From: Eledone cirrhosa
Lineage: Eukaryota
Direction of reading: 5' to 3'
NCBI GenBank assembly: GCA_964016885.1
Contig: OZ024747.1
Location: 74,276,001 to 74,340,000, forward strand
Length of the DNA: 64,000 nucleotides
Shown: one piece after another, positions 1 through 14,099 of the stretch
Numbering within the stretch: the stretch's first letter is position 1
Layout of the letters: each line of letters opens with the position of its first letter
Notes under the pieces: generated by a model
What the model saw: only the letters and a program-made list of their open reading frames with translations
Databases searched by the model: none
What the model was told of the DNA's origin: nothing
Made by a program: the position numbers and the translations under genes

Positions 1-967
1 ATGCATATGTGTGTATGTGAATGTGTATAGATATCTGGGTGTATATAAAAAGGGGGGAGGAGAAAGATATAACATACTAGAAAGATATAAAATACATAGA
101 AGTATATGTCACTTAATATCGTCATGTGTAAATAATGAGTCAATGAAATTAGATCGTATGTAAATTTTATCCTATGTAAATTGACAGATATACATTCATT
201 GATGTTGCAGTGTGTTCAATAAAATTATTATACAAATACTCCATCTCCAGGGATAATCAAACAAGTGAATGTGTAGTTCAAAAGAATATTGTAATACTAT
301 AGACACAGAAAAAATTCGTTTAAATTTTCCAACAGAAATTTCGTTGCGTAGAAGCGAATCTAGTATCTTGACAATTAAGTGATAATATATTCTCTCTAAG
401 AATCTTCTATTAACCGGTTTAAAGATGTGTCCAACTTTTACTCATCAGGGAAAGATAGTTTAGAGCTGCTGTATTACAGTAATCAGTAAGAACAATGGCT
501 AGAGAGATATCGATATTAAGTAATATATGAGCTATAAAACACGAAGGCGGTAGGACATGAGTTCACAAATACACAGACAGACACCCAGATACACACACAG
601 ACAGGCACAGACACACGCACACACACTCATATATATAAATATTATATATATATATATATACACATACATAAATATACATACATACCATCACGAACATTAA
701 TAATATGCACATTTGTTCGTCCATTTCAGAATAATACAAAGAGAAAATGAGCATATAATCCCATCAAGGTCGTATTTCTTTGTGGACGCTTGTATTGTGT
801 ACAAACCTTATGGTGAGAGCCCAACTAGGTGCGAAAATCCATTAAAGATCGTTATCATTTTATTTACTTTAGAGAGAAATTCATATTTTATGACATGTTT
901 ACCTGCCTACATGTAAAAATGTATATTTATGTATACATCGGTGCAGTCTTGTTAGCCCCCTGCATAA

Positions 968-1127
968 TTGTTTCTCCTTTTGGCACGAGGCCAGCAATAT
1001 CCAGTGCATTACTGGTACCTTATTATATCGACCCCGTTAGGATGAAAGGCAAATTAACCTCAGTTGGATTTGAACTTAGACCGTAACGAGTAGTAACTCT
1101 ATGCTGCAAAGTATGGCGTCCGACCCT
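968..1127 (-). mobile_element. tRNA-derived SINE, Nin/Deu-domain-like family
   Basis: Shares the GGCACGAGGCCAGCAAT...TATCGACCCCGTTAGGATGAAAGGCAAA...GATTTGAACT core with many other copies in the window; B-box-like GTTCAAATCC on the - strand. Confidence 0.8.
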
Positions 1128-1315
1128 CTACTGATTATAACATTTTAAAACCAGAAGAACAATCATACATACATCTATACTTATATACATACACACATAT
1201 ATATCCATATACATACATGCATACATACATACATACATACGTACATAAATACATAAATACGTACATAAATACATACATAAATATATACATACGTACATAT
1301 ACACATCCATCCATA

Positions 1316-1940
1316 CATGATGGCTGTCCCCTCGTTATCGAGTATGGCCATTGCAGGATATACCATTATTAATAATTATTAATTAATTCTATCATGCAAT
1401 GCCTGTGCGTGAAGATATATTTTAAAGTGAGGAAAGACTGTGCACTGAGCCAATCCCACTCTCTGAGCGACAGTAGCTATAACCTGAAAAGAAGAAAAGA
1501 TCAACATCATCAGTAACTACTGAACCGCAGGTTTTATATCGGTGTTATCCCAGTTTCCTGAGTTGCCTTCTCCTAGAAGAATGCCCTGACAAAAGCTAGG
1601 GGACCTTCACTCCTAGTGGTTTAACCGCGCGATCGGGTGTCCAGCCCGACTATTTCTATATCCCCGCGCATATACATACACATGCACCCATGTATATACA
1701 CATATACATACATATGTACATGTGTATATACATATTTACACACTTTTGGATGGCCCTTGACTCTTATAAGTTCTACCGGCCTTTGTCAGGTTTTGTTTTT
1801 TGTCTTGCAGGGTGTCCAAAATCACCATCTTCTCCAAGTAAACTTGGTGGGGTTGCCGGTTTAGTCGCCGACGAGCCGACCATGCGACAGGTTGTACTGG
1901 GTTACATGTTACCAGTAGCATTCAAGAGTGACCCGACATA
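1316..1940 (-). mobile_element. Non-autonomous RTE-derived element, copy 1 (5' region plus 3' tip), interrupted by a microsatellite
   Basis: Aligns by eye with 2043-2652 (1745-1940 vs 2462-2652, 1440-1610 vs 2297-2455, 1316-1350 vs 2043-2078); ends in an (ATGT)n tail. Confidence 0.65.
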
Positions 1941-2042
1941 TCCATACATGCTACATACATACATACACACATCCATACATGCTACATACATGCTACATAC
2001 ATACATACATACATACATACATACATACATACATACATACAT

Positions 2043-2652
2043 ACATGGTGGCTGCCAACTCGTCTTCGAGTACGGCCACTACTTTATATCCATGTAGGAG
2101 AACCCCTACCGATACGCTGAACGAGTGTGACTTTTTAGTCCAGCCAGCGACTTGAAAACTCTGGTACAAACACTACACTTGTGACAATTATTGACACATA
2201 GTGCTGGGTCCATGGTTCCATGTGAGGACAAGTGCAGAGAGATCTCCAGATATAAAGCAATGTCTGTGCCGTGAAGCTTTTATAGTGAGCAAAGGCACTG
2301 CACAAAGCCAGTCCCACTCTCTTAACCAAAATGATATTTACCAAAAAGAAGAACAAGTCAACATCATTGGATACCATCAGGGTTGCAGGTGTTATATCAG
2401 AGTTTTCCTTCTCCTAGAATTCTGCCTTGACAAAGGCTAAGGGGTCATCTCTCCCTGTGATTTTGGATGGCCATTGACTCTTAAGAGCTCCTTTGCCCTT
2501 TGACAGGTTTTGTTTTTAGTCCTGCAGGATTTCCAAAGTCACCCTCCTCACCAAGAAACCTTGGTGGGGTTGCCAGTTTAGTCGCCAACGACCCGACCAT
2601 GAGACAGGTTGCACTGGGATACATGTTACCAGTAGCACCAACTGGTGACCTG
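2043..2652 (-). mobile_element. Bipartite non-autonomous RTE element, copy 2
   Basis: The - strand at about 2173-2096 reads HKCSVCTRVFKSLAGLKSHTRSAYR*, the zinc-finger-like C-terminus of RTE ORFs. It is joined to a UTR-like 5' block, and the element is flanked by (TACA)n. Confidence 0.7.
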
Positions 2653-2988
2653 ACATACATACATACATACATACATACATACATACATACATACATACAC
2701 ACATACATACATACATACATACATACATACATACATACATACATACATACATACATACATACATACTACATACATACATGCATTTATCTAACCGAAGAAC
2801 CGTTCACGTTGCTTTTTATTTTTCTCAAGTACCTACGTGTATTTAAATATAAAACCTTTCCTCCATGAAATTCAGTTTGTCTTTTAGTAGAACGGATTTC
2901 GCTCCGATTTACTAATGTTTTCTTATTCTATTTTAAAATTGTTTCTACTTTTACCTTATCTTCTCTATTTTTATCATTTTGTCTCTAG

Positions 2989-3062
2989 GAATCAAGTGGA
3001 ATCACGAGTTCATGTAAGAAGATATGACTACTATCACGTAAGATCCACCTGGAATATTGCAG
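2989..3062 (+). other. Candidate host exon (74 nt), identity unknown
   Basis: Long polypyrimidine tract plus TAG acceptor, CAG|GTACGT donor, one open frame NQVESRVHVRRYDYYHVRSTWNIA. Confidence 0.3.
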
Positions 3063-5544
3063 GTACGTACATTTTCTCATCCTTACATTCTACTAACCAG
3101 TGCTATTAAATCCAATGAAATATTTACTGCAATATTTCTTCTATTCAACTGCCGAATTTATTTCTTCTATTCAACTGCCGAATTTAACAACAGAAAATGT
3201 TATGCGTTAATATATATATCTGGTTTTTCAATATCCTACAATTTTATTTTACAAAGTTGTTCATACAAAAATAGAACACATTATTATTAAAGTTAAAAAA
3301 AGCTTCGATTCCCGCTGTCTCTGGTGAAAGTGTATTTTGGTTCTGTTTTCAATAACAATACTTCAGGAAGCATTTCTTTAAAAAAATGAGCTGAATTCAA
3401 TTCCATTATACTTAAATTTATTATGCAATGACTATTGTCGTCCATCCAACACGAGGCATCAAAGGAACATCTACATAGAAATTTTATCTGCTAGAAACAG
3501 CAGCCAAACTATTTTCCTGAATAAGAACGTAATGTCTTAAAACATATAATGGTGAAATGACGCTTTAAATAAGGCAGTGTTAAATAACTCTGAGAAGACC
3601 ATTGGTGTTAGGCTGATGGTCATTGGTCTACTCGATCAAGGTTGATCATAGTTTAAACAACAACAACATGGTCCAATTCGAACCAACGAGGAAATATATA
3701 TTGTACTCGAATATATGCCTGCATGTATGTTCCTTGACTCCTGGAGGAGTCGTAGAGGCACCGTATCGATATACGGCGTTTCTAGGACATTTCGTCAAAA
3801 ACCTGCTTGAGCCCATCTCCTCTCCAGACTTGAATGCAACACATTTCTCCCAAAGAAGAACAGAGAGGGAAAGAACAGAACTGAGAAACTGATATGGAGG
3901 AGGAATCGAAACCAGTATATGACTGGTAACTTTTTATCGACCTTGAGTGGATAAAAGGCTCATCCATAAATTAAAGTATCAATTATTTCGGAATACATGA
4001 TACATGTTCCTAGTTTCCGCCAATGCAATAATACTTTCTCAATATTTCTCACTCATTGACGAATTATATGACCAGGAATTATTAGATTCTTTACAACAAA
4101 TGCTAATTTAATGCTTCTTCTTCTTCTTCTTCTTGAGTCCTCCCTCTTTCGAGGGTGGTGCATTCATTTGGCTCTTTCTAACGGCTAGAATATACGCAGC
4201 TCGACACATCACAATCTATGATCCACGGAACCAAGGTTTAGTTCGATAAGGGTTATGTTTCACCATTTCTCAGATATTAGTCTCATCATAATTGACGTCT
4301 AATTTAAGAATAAGTTGTATTGATGCAATCACGTATGTTCTTCTTTTGTTATGGTTTTCTTTCGCCGTTTTGGGTTTTTTTTAGTTTTGCTGTTTTTAAT
4401 CACAAAGAGCCACTGTTGGTGTATATATATAGATATATACATATAAGGGTTGTATATTTTCCAATAATGAACGTGACGTCGCTTTTACCCCTATTCTTAC
4501 AGGGTTACATATTCTGTATTGGCTTCAACTAGGAATCGAAGACTTGTTACGAAATTTATCTGATGCGACTTTACCTTTACTCAATAATGAAAACCATTCT
4601 CTATTCATCTATATTGATTTTCCCTTTTAACATCCCATCAATTTCCATAAAAGAACATATTACTAGTCTTCAAAAAGATGAAAGGCAAAGCTGGCCGCCG
4701 ATGGGATTAGAGTTGCGAATTCAAAAGTTTGAGTTTGAGAGTTTTATTACATTCAATTCAGCTCTCTGCTATATCTAACCATTACACATGTTATATTAAT
4801 ATACCCTGAATACCTGACTACAAACTGATTTCTATTAACAGTTAACTTCTATATTCTACAAATGAAATTAATCTTAGTATTAATCTCATATCCCTGTTAT
4901 TCAGGTGTCTCACAAAACAGAGATCTTGTTGCAGGGAAATATTGCATTTTTTGTGAGCTTTTTTTCTGTTGCTACTTTTTCTCGTTTTACTCTTTCAGTT
5001 TTGTCTTTCATGTCTCTGAATTGACATAAAATCCCGTTGAACACTTCTATTATTACCTTTATTATACTTACCTATATTATATTGCATTTGTAATGAAACA
5101 ACTTTTCCCCAACAAAAGCTACAATTTATATATTTATGTCCTCTTCTTTTAGTATTGCTATATTTCCTTCATAGTGAGATAAAAAAAAACTGTTTTTTGC
5201 AAGTCATATTTAAGTGAAATATTCTGTAACAAGAAAACAATGGTTTTATTGTTATTGCATCGGAGAAAACTTTGCGATATTTTACAATCCACCGAAGTCA
5301 AATTTACTTTTCATCCTGCTAGGATCGATAACATAATTACCAGTCGATATAATCAATAATTCCCTCCCCCAAATATTTCTCGCCTTGTGCTTATGTAAGA
5401 TACTGTTATTGCAATGGGGTGTACGAAGGATTAATAAAATTGGAAGAGCAACCGACAAAATTACTTGCGCGCTTTAGTTGCTTTAGTTAACGTTCTGACT
5501 TGAAATCCCTCCGGGGTCGACTTTTCCTTTCATATTTAGAGATA

Positions 5545-5760
5545 GGGAGCCCTTTCGGTCACGAATGGATCATGGGAATTGCACCTAGAAATTCTTCCCC
5601 TCAGAGGCAAGTATGGGCAAGTTTTTTGTAGAAAACCAGCAACCACGCATGCATACCAGCTTCCCATCTTTACATCACTGATGTTGTCCAAAGGAAAAGC
5701 AAAGCCCGTTGCACACCAGTGACGTCGCGACTCATTTCTAAAGCTGAATAAAATCGAAAA
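5545..5760 (-). mobile_element. CORE-type SINE fragment
   Basis: CACCAGTGACGTCGCGACTCATTTCT shared with 15820-16010; adjoins the CORE-like block seen at 31480-31540. Confidence 0.6.
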
Positions 5761-5789
5761 AATAAAGAGTAGTAAAGAACTACTGCTTT

Positions 5790-6062
5790 AAGTCCCGTTA
5801 CTCCCGGGGCAGTCGTTTGACATACGGTATTTCTAGGAAATTCTTATACAGCAGATATCTTCTAGAGAAGGAGAGAGAGAGTGAGAAAGAAATATAGAGA
5901 AACAATCGACCCCAGTACTAGACTGGTACTTTTTTATCGACCTTGAATGGATAAAAGGCAAAGTTGACCTCGGTGGGATTTGAACTCAGAGAGTAGAGAG
6001 CCGGAATAAATACTGTAAAACATTTTGTCTGACGTTCTAACGACTCTACCAATTCACCGCCT
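5790..6062 (-). mobile_element. SINE with extended 3' region (related copies at 3735-3965, 16855-17010, 23360-23670, 47545-47810)
   Basis: ACTGGTACTTTTTTATCGACCTTGAATGGATAAAAGGCAAAGTTGACCTCGG core plus a shared ATACGG..TTTCTAGG block. Confidence 0.75.
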
Positions 6063-7042
6063 TTACCTCTCTACTGAAACCTTCTCACTCTTCCATAGTC
6101 TCTTTCATTCTCTTTCATTCTCTCTCACTTTCGCTCTCTCCCTCCCACTCTTTCTCTCTCTCATTCAACTGCCTTCCTCTTTTAACCTCTGAAAAAAAAA
6201 ACAATCATGTACATCTTCACCCTCTACTTTCTTTCTCTCTCTCTCTTTCTCACTCTATATCATTTTCTCCATCTCCCTCTCCTTCTCTTTCTCCTTCTCT
6301 CTCTCATTCTCTCTCTCCTCTCTCTCTCTATCTCTATCAGTCTTATTATTACCTTCTACCTCATCATTTTGCCTCTTACTTCCCTCAACACGTCTTTTCT
6401 CTCACGATTTCTCTCTTTCCCCTCCGTATCAGTCATGTTCTTACCTATAACCTCATGATTTGTCCTATCAACCCCCACCCCCACCTCCACTAACATCTCA
6501 ACCTTTCTACTTCTTCAATCAATTCTCCTCTCCCTTATTCTCTTTGCTTTTTGCTACTTTTATGAATAACCGTATCACAACGGATTTTCCTCTCTCTGTA
6601 TCCTCATTCTCTGAAGCTATCCCATTGAAAACATTGAACAGGTAACATGAATAGCAATGGCTAATCTTCATATTTCAATATAATCAACATTCTATAGGTT
6701 TTTCTATAGTCTTTTTAATATTTCTTTGTCACATTTATCTATGTAAATTTTTATTAACGAAACAACTATTTAAAATTTGAACATTGAGCGATCTTTGAAT
6801 TGTAACCAATATTTGGCAAGATGAAAGAAAATAGTTATGAATCATCATGTGTTGCATCGGGGGGGGGGGGGGGGATGAGTTGTTTCATATTTCTGATGTA
6901 TGCATATACATGTAAGTATATAGAAACACATATGTAAATGGGTATAGTTACATAAATAAACAGGTAGATACACACAGACGCAAACACACACACACATGAG
7001 CATAGAAAAACATACTTATACACATACAAACACACACACACT

Positions 7043-7073
<31 letters not shown>

Positions 7074-7095
7074 ATACACACACACACACACACAA

Positions 7096-7148
<53 letters not shown>

Positions 7149-7276
7149 CAAGAGAAGGAAAGAGAAGGAGAGATGATGAAGTACAATTGAGAAAAGCCTA
7201 TTTCGCAGTCATTGACATATATCTAAAAGAATATGCCTTAAACAACAGACTTGCTAGAACACAGGCAGACACACAG

Positions 7277-7373
<97 letters not shown>

Positions 7374-7442
7374 TACATATATATATTATTTAAATTTGTC
7401 GAAGTCACACTTGCCTGATAGGAACTCTACTCGATTTATTTG

Positions 7443-7477
<35 letters not shown>

Positions 7478-7705
7478 ATGTGTGTGTAGGGGGGGGGTAT
7501 GTATTTATGTATGTGTACGTGTACACACAATTGAGTACAAGTTGATTGGAGTGGCATGAACAGGAAAGGTTTTCGTGCAAAGAAGAAGAAGAAGAAGAAG
7601 AAGGTGGTGGTGATATATGTATATAGATATGTGTGTATGTGTGTGTGTGTGTGTGTCTGTGTGTGAGAGAGAGAGGGAGAGAGGGAGAGAGATGAAGATA
7701 GATAG

Positions 7706-7765
<60 letters not shown>

Positions 7766-7912
7766 TTTGAGTATAAGCTGGTTGTATACCAATACCTGAG
7801 TATGCAGGCTGGAGCACTCGACGAAGTGCGCAGGTTGGTTTGGTTACTCCGGAGTAATGTAAAATAAAATAAAATAAATAAGTCAAATGTTTAAAATTTG
7901 GCTTCGTTTATT

Positions 7913-7967
7913 ACTGCTATATATATTTCGGTGACAGCCATCTTTGGCTGTGACCTCTTCAGGCAGT
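7913..7967 (-). ncRNA. Type I hammerhead ribozyme
   Basis: ACTGC-CTGAAGA-GGTCACAGCC(AAAGAT)GGCTGTCACC-GAAA-TATAT-ATA-GCAGT: full core, 5-bp stem I, long stem II, palindromic short stem III. Confidence 0.88.
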
Positions 7968-8743
7968 CCGAATTAGTGTGGTAGAGACGGGTACACATGT
8001 TGTTGAGGTGTTTAACTTTGTCAATACTCTGATATGCCCAGTTCCTGGTTGGGTTGTTGTTTCACTGAGGAACTGGAATCATATGAATTTAAACAAACGA
8101 ATTTCAGCGTGAAAGGACATCTTCTCTCATTGGTCAGTTGTGAGAACATTCCTCAGTCAAAAGTCTATAGAAATTCTTTCTGAGGCAAGGCAATCTGTAG
8201 TGGTTGTTCTTGTTATTGTTAAGTACTTAACGATAGCAAAAACAAATACTACAGGGAGCCTCACCCCAGAAAGAATTTCTATAGACGTTTGACTGAGGAA
8301 TGCTCTCAAAACTGACCAATGGGAGGAGTGATCTTACAAATGTTTATAACATTGAGATTGGGTATAACACACACACATTTTATTTGATTATTTTATTTTG
8401 TTCCTTTACCATCTTATTCCTTCTACCACTTTATCATTTTTTTTAGCTGACTCCAACACCAACACCACTACCAACATAAGCGTAGAGATCAGATGTACTT
8501 AACAATAACAAGAACAACCACTGCAGATTGCCTTGCTTCAGAAAGAATTTCTATAGACTTTTGACTGAGGAATGTTCTCACAACTGACCAATGAGAGAAG
8601 ATGTCCTTTCACGCTGAAATTCGTTTGTTTAAATTCATATGATTCCAGTTCCTCAGTGAAACAACAACCCAACCAGGAACTGGGCATATCAGAGTATTGA
8701 CAAAGTTAAACACCTCAACAACATGTGTACCACACTAATTCGG

Positions 8744-8798
8744 ACTGCCTGAAGAGGTCACAGCCAAAGATGACTGTCACCGAAATATATATAGCAGT
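8744..8798 (+). ncRNA. Type I hammerhead ribozyme (second arm)
   Basis: Same as 7913-7967 with one stem II substitution (GACTGTCACC). Confidence 0.85.
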
Positions 8799-10794
8799 AA
8801 TAAATGAAGCCAAATTTTAAACATTTGACTTATTTATTTTATTTTATTTTATTTTATATATATATATATAGGGCGGTGAATTTCTCCTCTCCTTTTGAAC
8901 ATGGTAGTTTCTAATTTGTGGAAGATTGTGTTGGCTTCTCCTGCAAGTGTAGCAAGCTATTACATAGAAGCTCCTTTTGTTGTGACGTCTGACTTAAATA
9001 CCGTTGTGATGTTTATGAGAGAGTGTGTGAGATTGGTCACTAAGAATTATTATACAGCATTGTTTGATATTCTCTGATGAGTGAACTGTAGTGGTGGAAT
9101 TTGTCGAGTTATATAGAGGAATACGACGTTCTTTAATCTTGGCTACATAATGTTTGTAGTCAAAGGAACTATAAGAAATTTATAACATGTTTAATGCATT
9201 TAGGATAAAAGAAGGATAATTAAGTTAGCTGTGTGCACCAGAAATTGTTTTGCACTTGGACGAAGGTAGAGGTTTGAATTATTTTCTGATTGTTGATTAG
9301 CTTTATATTAGTACAGGTTTAACACTTTGCCCGGGCTTGTGCCTCGGAGAGAAACTTTCTAGATACACATCCCAAGGTCATTCGTGGCCTTAACGATATC
9401 GCGGTAAATGAGCGTTAAAAGATCAGCATTGCATCTTTGCTAGGTTTATTGTATTTTCAAGGAAAAAAAATAGATTGGAGATTTTATAGCTTTTTTTTTT
9501 TTTTTTAAATGTGAGGCCGTAGATGTGGAGGGGTGTAGCCAAAAGTTAAGTGCGATAATGTCGTGAGTTCGATTCCTGGACCGGGTTGTGTGTTGTGATC
9601 TTCAGAAAAACACTCCATTTCACGTTACTCCTGTATACTAAGCTACAAATAACTGCCAGCAATAGATAGGTATTTAATCGTGCGATGCACCAGTGTCCTG
9701 TCGGGGGTTCATGTACTTAATGCCACAGAAACCGGAATAATAACCGGCCAAATTCCATGCTCGAGACAAACTTGAAATTGAAAATAGCGTAGATTGGTAA
9801 TAATTCTTGACTGATTTGCTGAACATTTTTCAATTATGTCTTCTAAATATTTAAACGCACCTTTACTTGAAAACTTTAAGATATGTAGATTACAATCTTC
9901 TAAATTTATCATAGAAGTGTTATGTCTACCAATTAAATAAAATATGTCAATGTGATAACTATTGAAAACCCGATATATAAACGACACTTCTGTGTCATAA
10001 TAGTGTATTATTACTTTAAGTCCAACAGGATATTAAAATTATCGTATCATTATAGTTTCGATAACATAGAGATCATAATATCAACAAAACAGATTAATAC
10101 AATAATGATGTTAATAGAATTATCATTGCATACATATTATCACGATTCATATTTTAGATAAATTACCTGTAAATACATGAAGCCATTTTTTTTCTAATTT
10201 ACCAAACAAAATATTTTTTTATTTAATTATTTTCATCTTTCTTTGCAAAGGATGTAAACAATTTTATATTAAATTCTTAAAACTATATATTTGTTCAGAA
10301 TATTAAAATATATCCAAGAGAGAAAAAGTTTCGAAATATGAAATTCTTTACAACTTCCACAAGCGTTGACTAATCATCGTATAAGTAATTTTAATTGTTC
10401 GTTAATTTTATTATGAACAAAACAATTTAAAAAAACATCAACGATGATAACAGTAACAACAGCAACAACAACAAAAATATAAATAGATAGTGTAGATAAA
10501 CTTTCAAAATAATAATAACAATATTGGTTTCTGATTTAGGAACAAGGCCAACAATTTGACGGGAGGAGAAACTCGATTAAATCTACCCCAGTGCATTACT
10601 GGTGCTTTATTTTAATCCACCGCTCTAATAAAAAAAATAATAATAATCATTCTTTCACTAAATAATAATAATTGTTTGCAATCACCAATAATACAATACA
10701 AGTCAGGTATATAATTGACTCATGGCGTTATAACGTATAACACGCACTACCAATAAATAACACAACTCATATCTGGTACAATTTTAACCAACTG

Positions 10795-10960
10795 TGAGGT
10801 GGAGAATTGGTAGAGTCGTTAGAACGTCGGATAGAATACTTTGCGTTATTCGTTTCGGTTCTCTTCTGAGTTCAAATCCTGTCTAGTTCAACTTTACTTT
10901 TCATCTATTCGAGGTCGATAAAAAAAAGAAACCGGCTACTACTGGGGTCCATTCTTCCTC
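10795..10960 (+). mobile_element. tRNA-derived SINE
   Basis: GGTGGAGAATTGGTAGA head, GAGTTCAAATCC B box, GAGGTCGATAAAA core. Confidence 0.7.
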
Positions 10961-12099
10961 TATGTCTCTTCCTCACTTCCAATATCTGGACAAAATCTGG
11001 TATTCTGACGTGGAGAGGTGATGGGCTGATCTAAGTTTAAAACGTACCCTAGAAACAGCGTACGTCGGGAGTTATTGGAGCATACATGAGTAACCAGCTG
11101 CAACACAATTCACACAATAAATATGTTTACAACCTTCACCTTGAAAAGATAAAGCAAGCCACACGTTAAATATTTTAGACAATCACCAACAAATAGAACC
11201 AAATTGCAGCCCACACAATGCATACACTACATAATCTATACAGGTCACTCTAACCCAGTCCACACTGCACATACTCTAGATAATCAGTCTAAAACATGCA
11301 AACAGCACAACCTAAACAAATCGTATACTGCGCCCACGACATATGTCACTGTAACACAACCCATGCATCACATAGTCAACTTTATCATTACCAGCAACTG
11401 ATATCCTCCACAATCGCTACCGATATTACAAAAATCACGCAAGATGCATAAAATACAATCAGCACCGAATAAAATAACACAACTTCCATAGTGCATATTC
11501 TACAAATTAACACCAGGAAAATAACACAACTTTCATAGTGCACATTCTACAAATTAACACCAGGAATATAACATTTAAATACCAAAACGAAGCAAAACCC
11601 GGCTAGCAAACAACAGTGACAAAAATTAATGCTGAACACTTCGTAAGAAAAGAGTAAAATGGGGCAAAAAACGTTGGTGACAACATATGAAAAATTCTTG
11701 AAGTTGTAAAGTATTTCAAATTTTGAAACGTTTTCTCTTTTGGATTTATTTTAATATTCCGAACTAATATATAGTTTTAAGAATTTAATATAAAACTCTA
11801 TCCTTCCTTCCCAAATAAAGATGAAAATAATTCAATTAGAGAAAATATATATATTTTTTTTTTTTTGATAAATGAGAAAAAAAAGGGCTTCGTGAAAAAC
11901 AAAACGGAAACTGTAGGTATACCAATGACACTATTTGAAATGAGTAATAATCGTGGTGACAGTACAAAAACAATATAAATATCAACTAGAAAAGGTTCCT
12001 CAATTTTAGGGGACTGCACTCTCGTGTAATTTCAGAAAAAATCCGAACAAAGCCCAAGATCACGCCAAAAGCATTGAAACCGATCTTTCCTGATTTCTT

Positions 12100-12310
12100 T
12101 CCTCCTGCTTAGAAAAATTTAGTTGGTGAGGTCCATTCACCCTCGTTAACCTCGCTGCTCTCATCAATGTTTCACAAAACATTAAAAGCAGCATCTTCCT
12201 GGGTACATCCACCTTCTTCTGCATGTGGTATTTGACGAGGTTTCTAATAGAGAAGACATCGATAGACATGCCTCTTGAGCAAGTGACAGTTCTGCAGCTC
12301 AGCTGACAAA
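12100..12310 (-). pseudogene. Degenerate L1/Tx1-like LINE ORF2 C-terminus
   Basis: KYHMQKKVDV...AARLTRVNG resembles the ORF2 end of this LINE type; recognition only. Confidence 0.4.
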
Positions 12311-12539
12311 CTGATAGTCATCAATACTGACTTCTACTTTAGGCACAAAGCCAGCAACTTTTGTGTAAAGTTGATCACACCAACCTCAGTATGTAACTGG
12401 TACTTTAATTTATCGACCCAAAGTATGAGAGGCTAAGTTAAACATGGAAGGATTTGAACTGAGAATGTAAAGAACCAGAACAAATGACATTTTATCCGAT
12501 GCTCTACCAACTCTGACAATGTACTATTGACAACAATAT

Positions 12540-13254
12540 GACGATGATGATGATGATGATGAAAATAATCTTTATAAGGATGGAAAGAGTTTGAAGCCAA
12601 AGAGGTGGGACAGAAATGAGAAAATGATTGGTAATAGTAATGATGATCTTGATGAGTAGGGGGGGGGGGCAAGAAAGGTGAGAATATTGATAGTGATTGT
12701 GATGATGGGGAGAAGGTATGGGTGTAAGAAGAATAAGAATAAGAAGATAATGGTGATGGTGATGAAACAATGCTGGTGGGGCTGCAATTGTTGGCAGTGA
12801 TAAGACCGATAAATCCAATCCTCCAATGAAAAGAGAAGATTGTTAAATGCAGAAACCTCAAAGAGAATCACTTGAAATTATGCAAATCACGAGGTATCAG
12901 CTGTTAAAGTGGGGAGGGGGACAAAGGGAGTTAAGCAGCGAGAGAGAATTGGTGAAGGTATCGAGAATGGGTTGACATATGTGGTGAAGACATCAGTGAG
13001 AGATAATGTGGTGGTGGGGAGGAGGGGATTGAAAGGGATGAGGGGGAAACTGAGCAAGACGAAAGAAATGAAGAAAAAAAAAGAAAGAAAGAAAGATAAA
13101 ATGAATGAATATGTTATTTAATTTGGAATCGAGTAAAGAAAGAATATGGGGATTTCGAAAGAAAGAAAGAAATGAAGAAGAGAATGAGAGAGAAATGGAG
13201 AGAGAGATGAGCAGAGAGAAAAACTGAGAGGTGATAGAGAAGAAGAAGAAGAAG

Positions 13255-13285
<31 letters not shown>

Positions 13286-13870
13286 GAGCATTAAATTTGA
13301 AAGAAAGGTTAAAAAGTTGAAAGAAAAGATGACAGTCAGAAGAAGAAAATAATTAGGAGAGGGGGAAGGAAAGGCGAGGAGGAAGTGAAGGGGAGGAGGA
13401 AGGGAAGGGGGTGGAGGAGGAAGGGAAGGAGGGAAGTAAATAGAGAAAGAAAAGAAGAAGGTAGTGGAGAGTTTGGTGTGAAAACATAAAAGTGTTTTAA
13501 AGATAATTTGGGTGAGGATGGGGGGAGGAGTGAGATGAGAAGATAGTAAGAAAGAAGGAGATGAGGGGTAGAGGGAAGTGAAAGACAGAAACGAAGAGAA
13601 AGTGGGAGTGGTGGGTGGGGGGTGATATGAGATTAAATAGAATTAATAGTGAAGATTTAAATGAGGGCGTGTAGGAAAATATAATGTAAAATTATAGAAG
13701 AAGAAGATCAACTGCAACAACAACAACAACTACAACATTATCAACAACAACAACATCAGCAACAACTACAACTACAACAACAAGAAGGTAGAATGAAGGG
13801 AAGGAAGGGAGGCAGTAGAATAGGAAGGAGGTCTTGAGAAACAGATGTGAAGATGGGAGACGGCAATGAA
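12540..13870. repeat. Purine-rich low-complexity tract with (GAT)n, (GAA)n, (CAA)n
   Basis: Direct composition. Confidence 0.85.
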
Positions 13871-14099
13871 TTCAAAGAAAATATCTTAGTTTAGTTGAAG
13901 GGAAAAACAAAGCCGGAAAAAAAGAAACTGGAATCTTACAAGATCTACCGGCTCTCTTATTATTACCGTAGTGTGTATATCTGAGAACTGTGTGAAGGTA
14001 ATTTTAGGGGGGAAATGCGTATTTTGTTTGGGGGGGGGGGGGTCTACGTATTTTTCTTTTTGGGGGAGGGGGATATATGTATTGGGAGAGGGGGGAAGA

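Larger units (their letters stand above)
7762..8856. mobile_element. PLE terminal-repeat (pLTR)-only insertion forming a ~370-bp inverted repeat inside (TA)n
   Basis: 7858-8226 is the near-perfect reverse complement of 8495-8856; each arm carries an HHR and AATAAA; (TA)n on both sides. Confidence 0.85.

Noticed and set aside
11090-11640. Possible LINE endonuclease start (ILQINTRNI) with a ~47-bp tandem duplication
   Set aside because: Too short and degenerate to support a call
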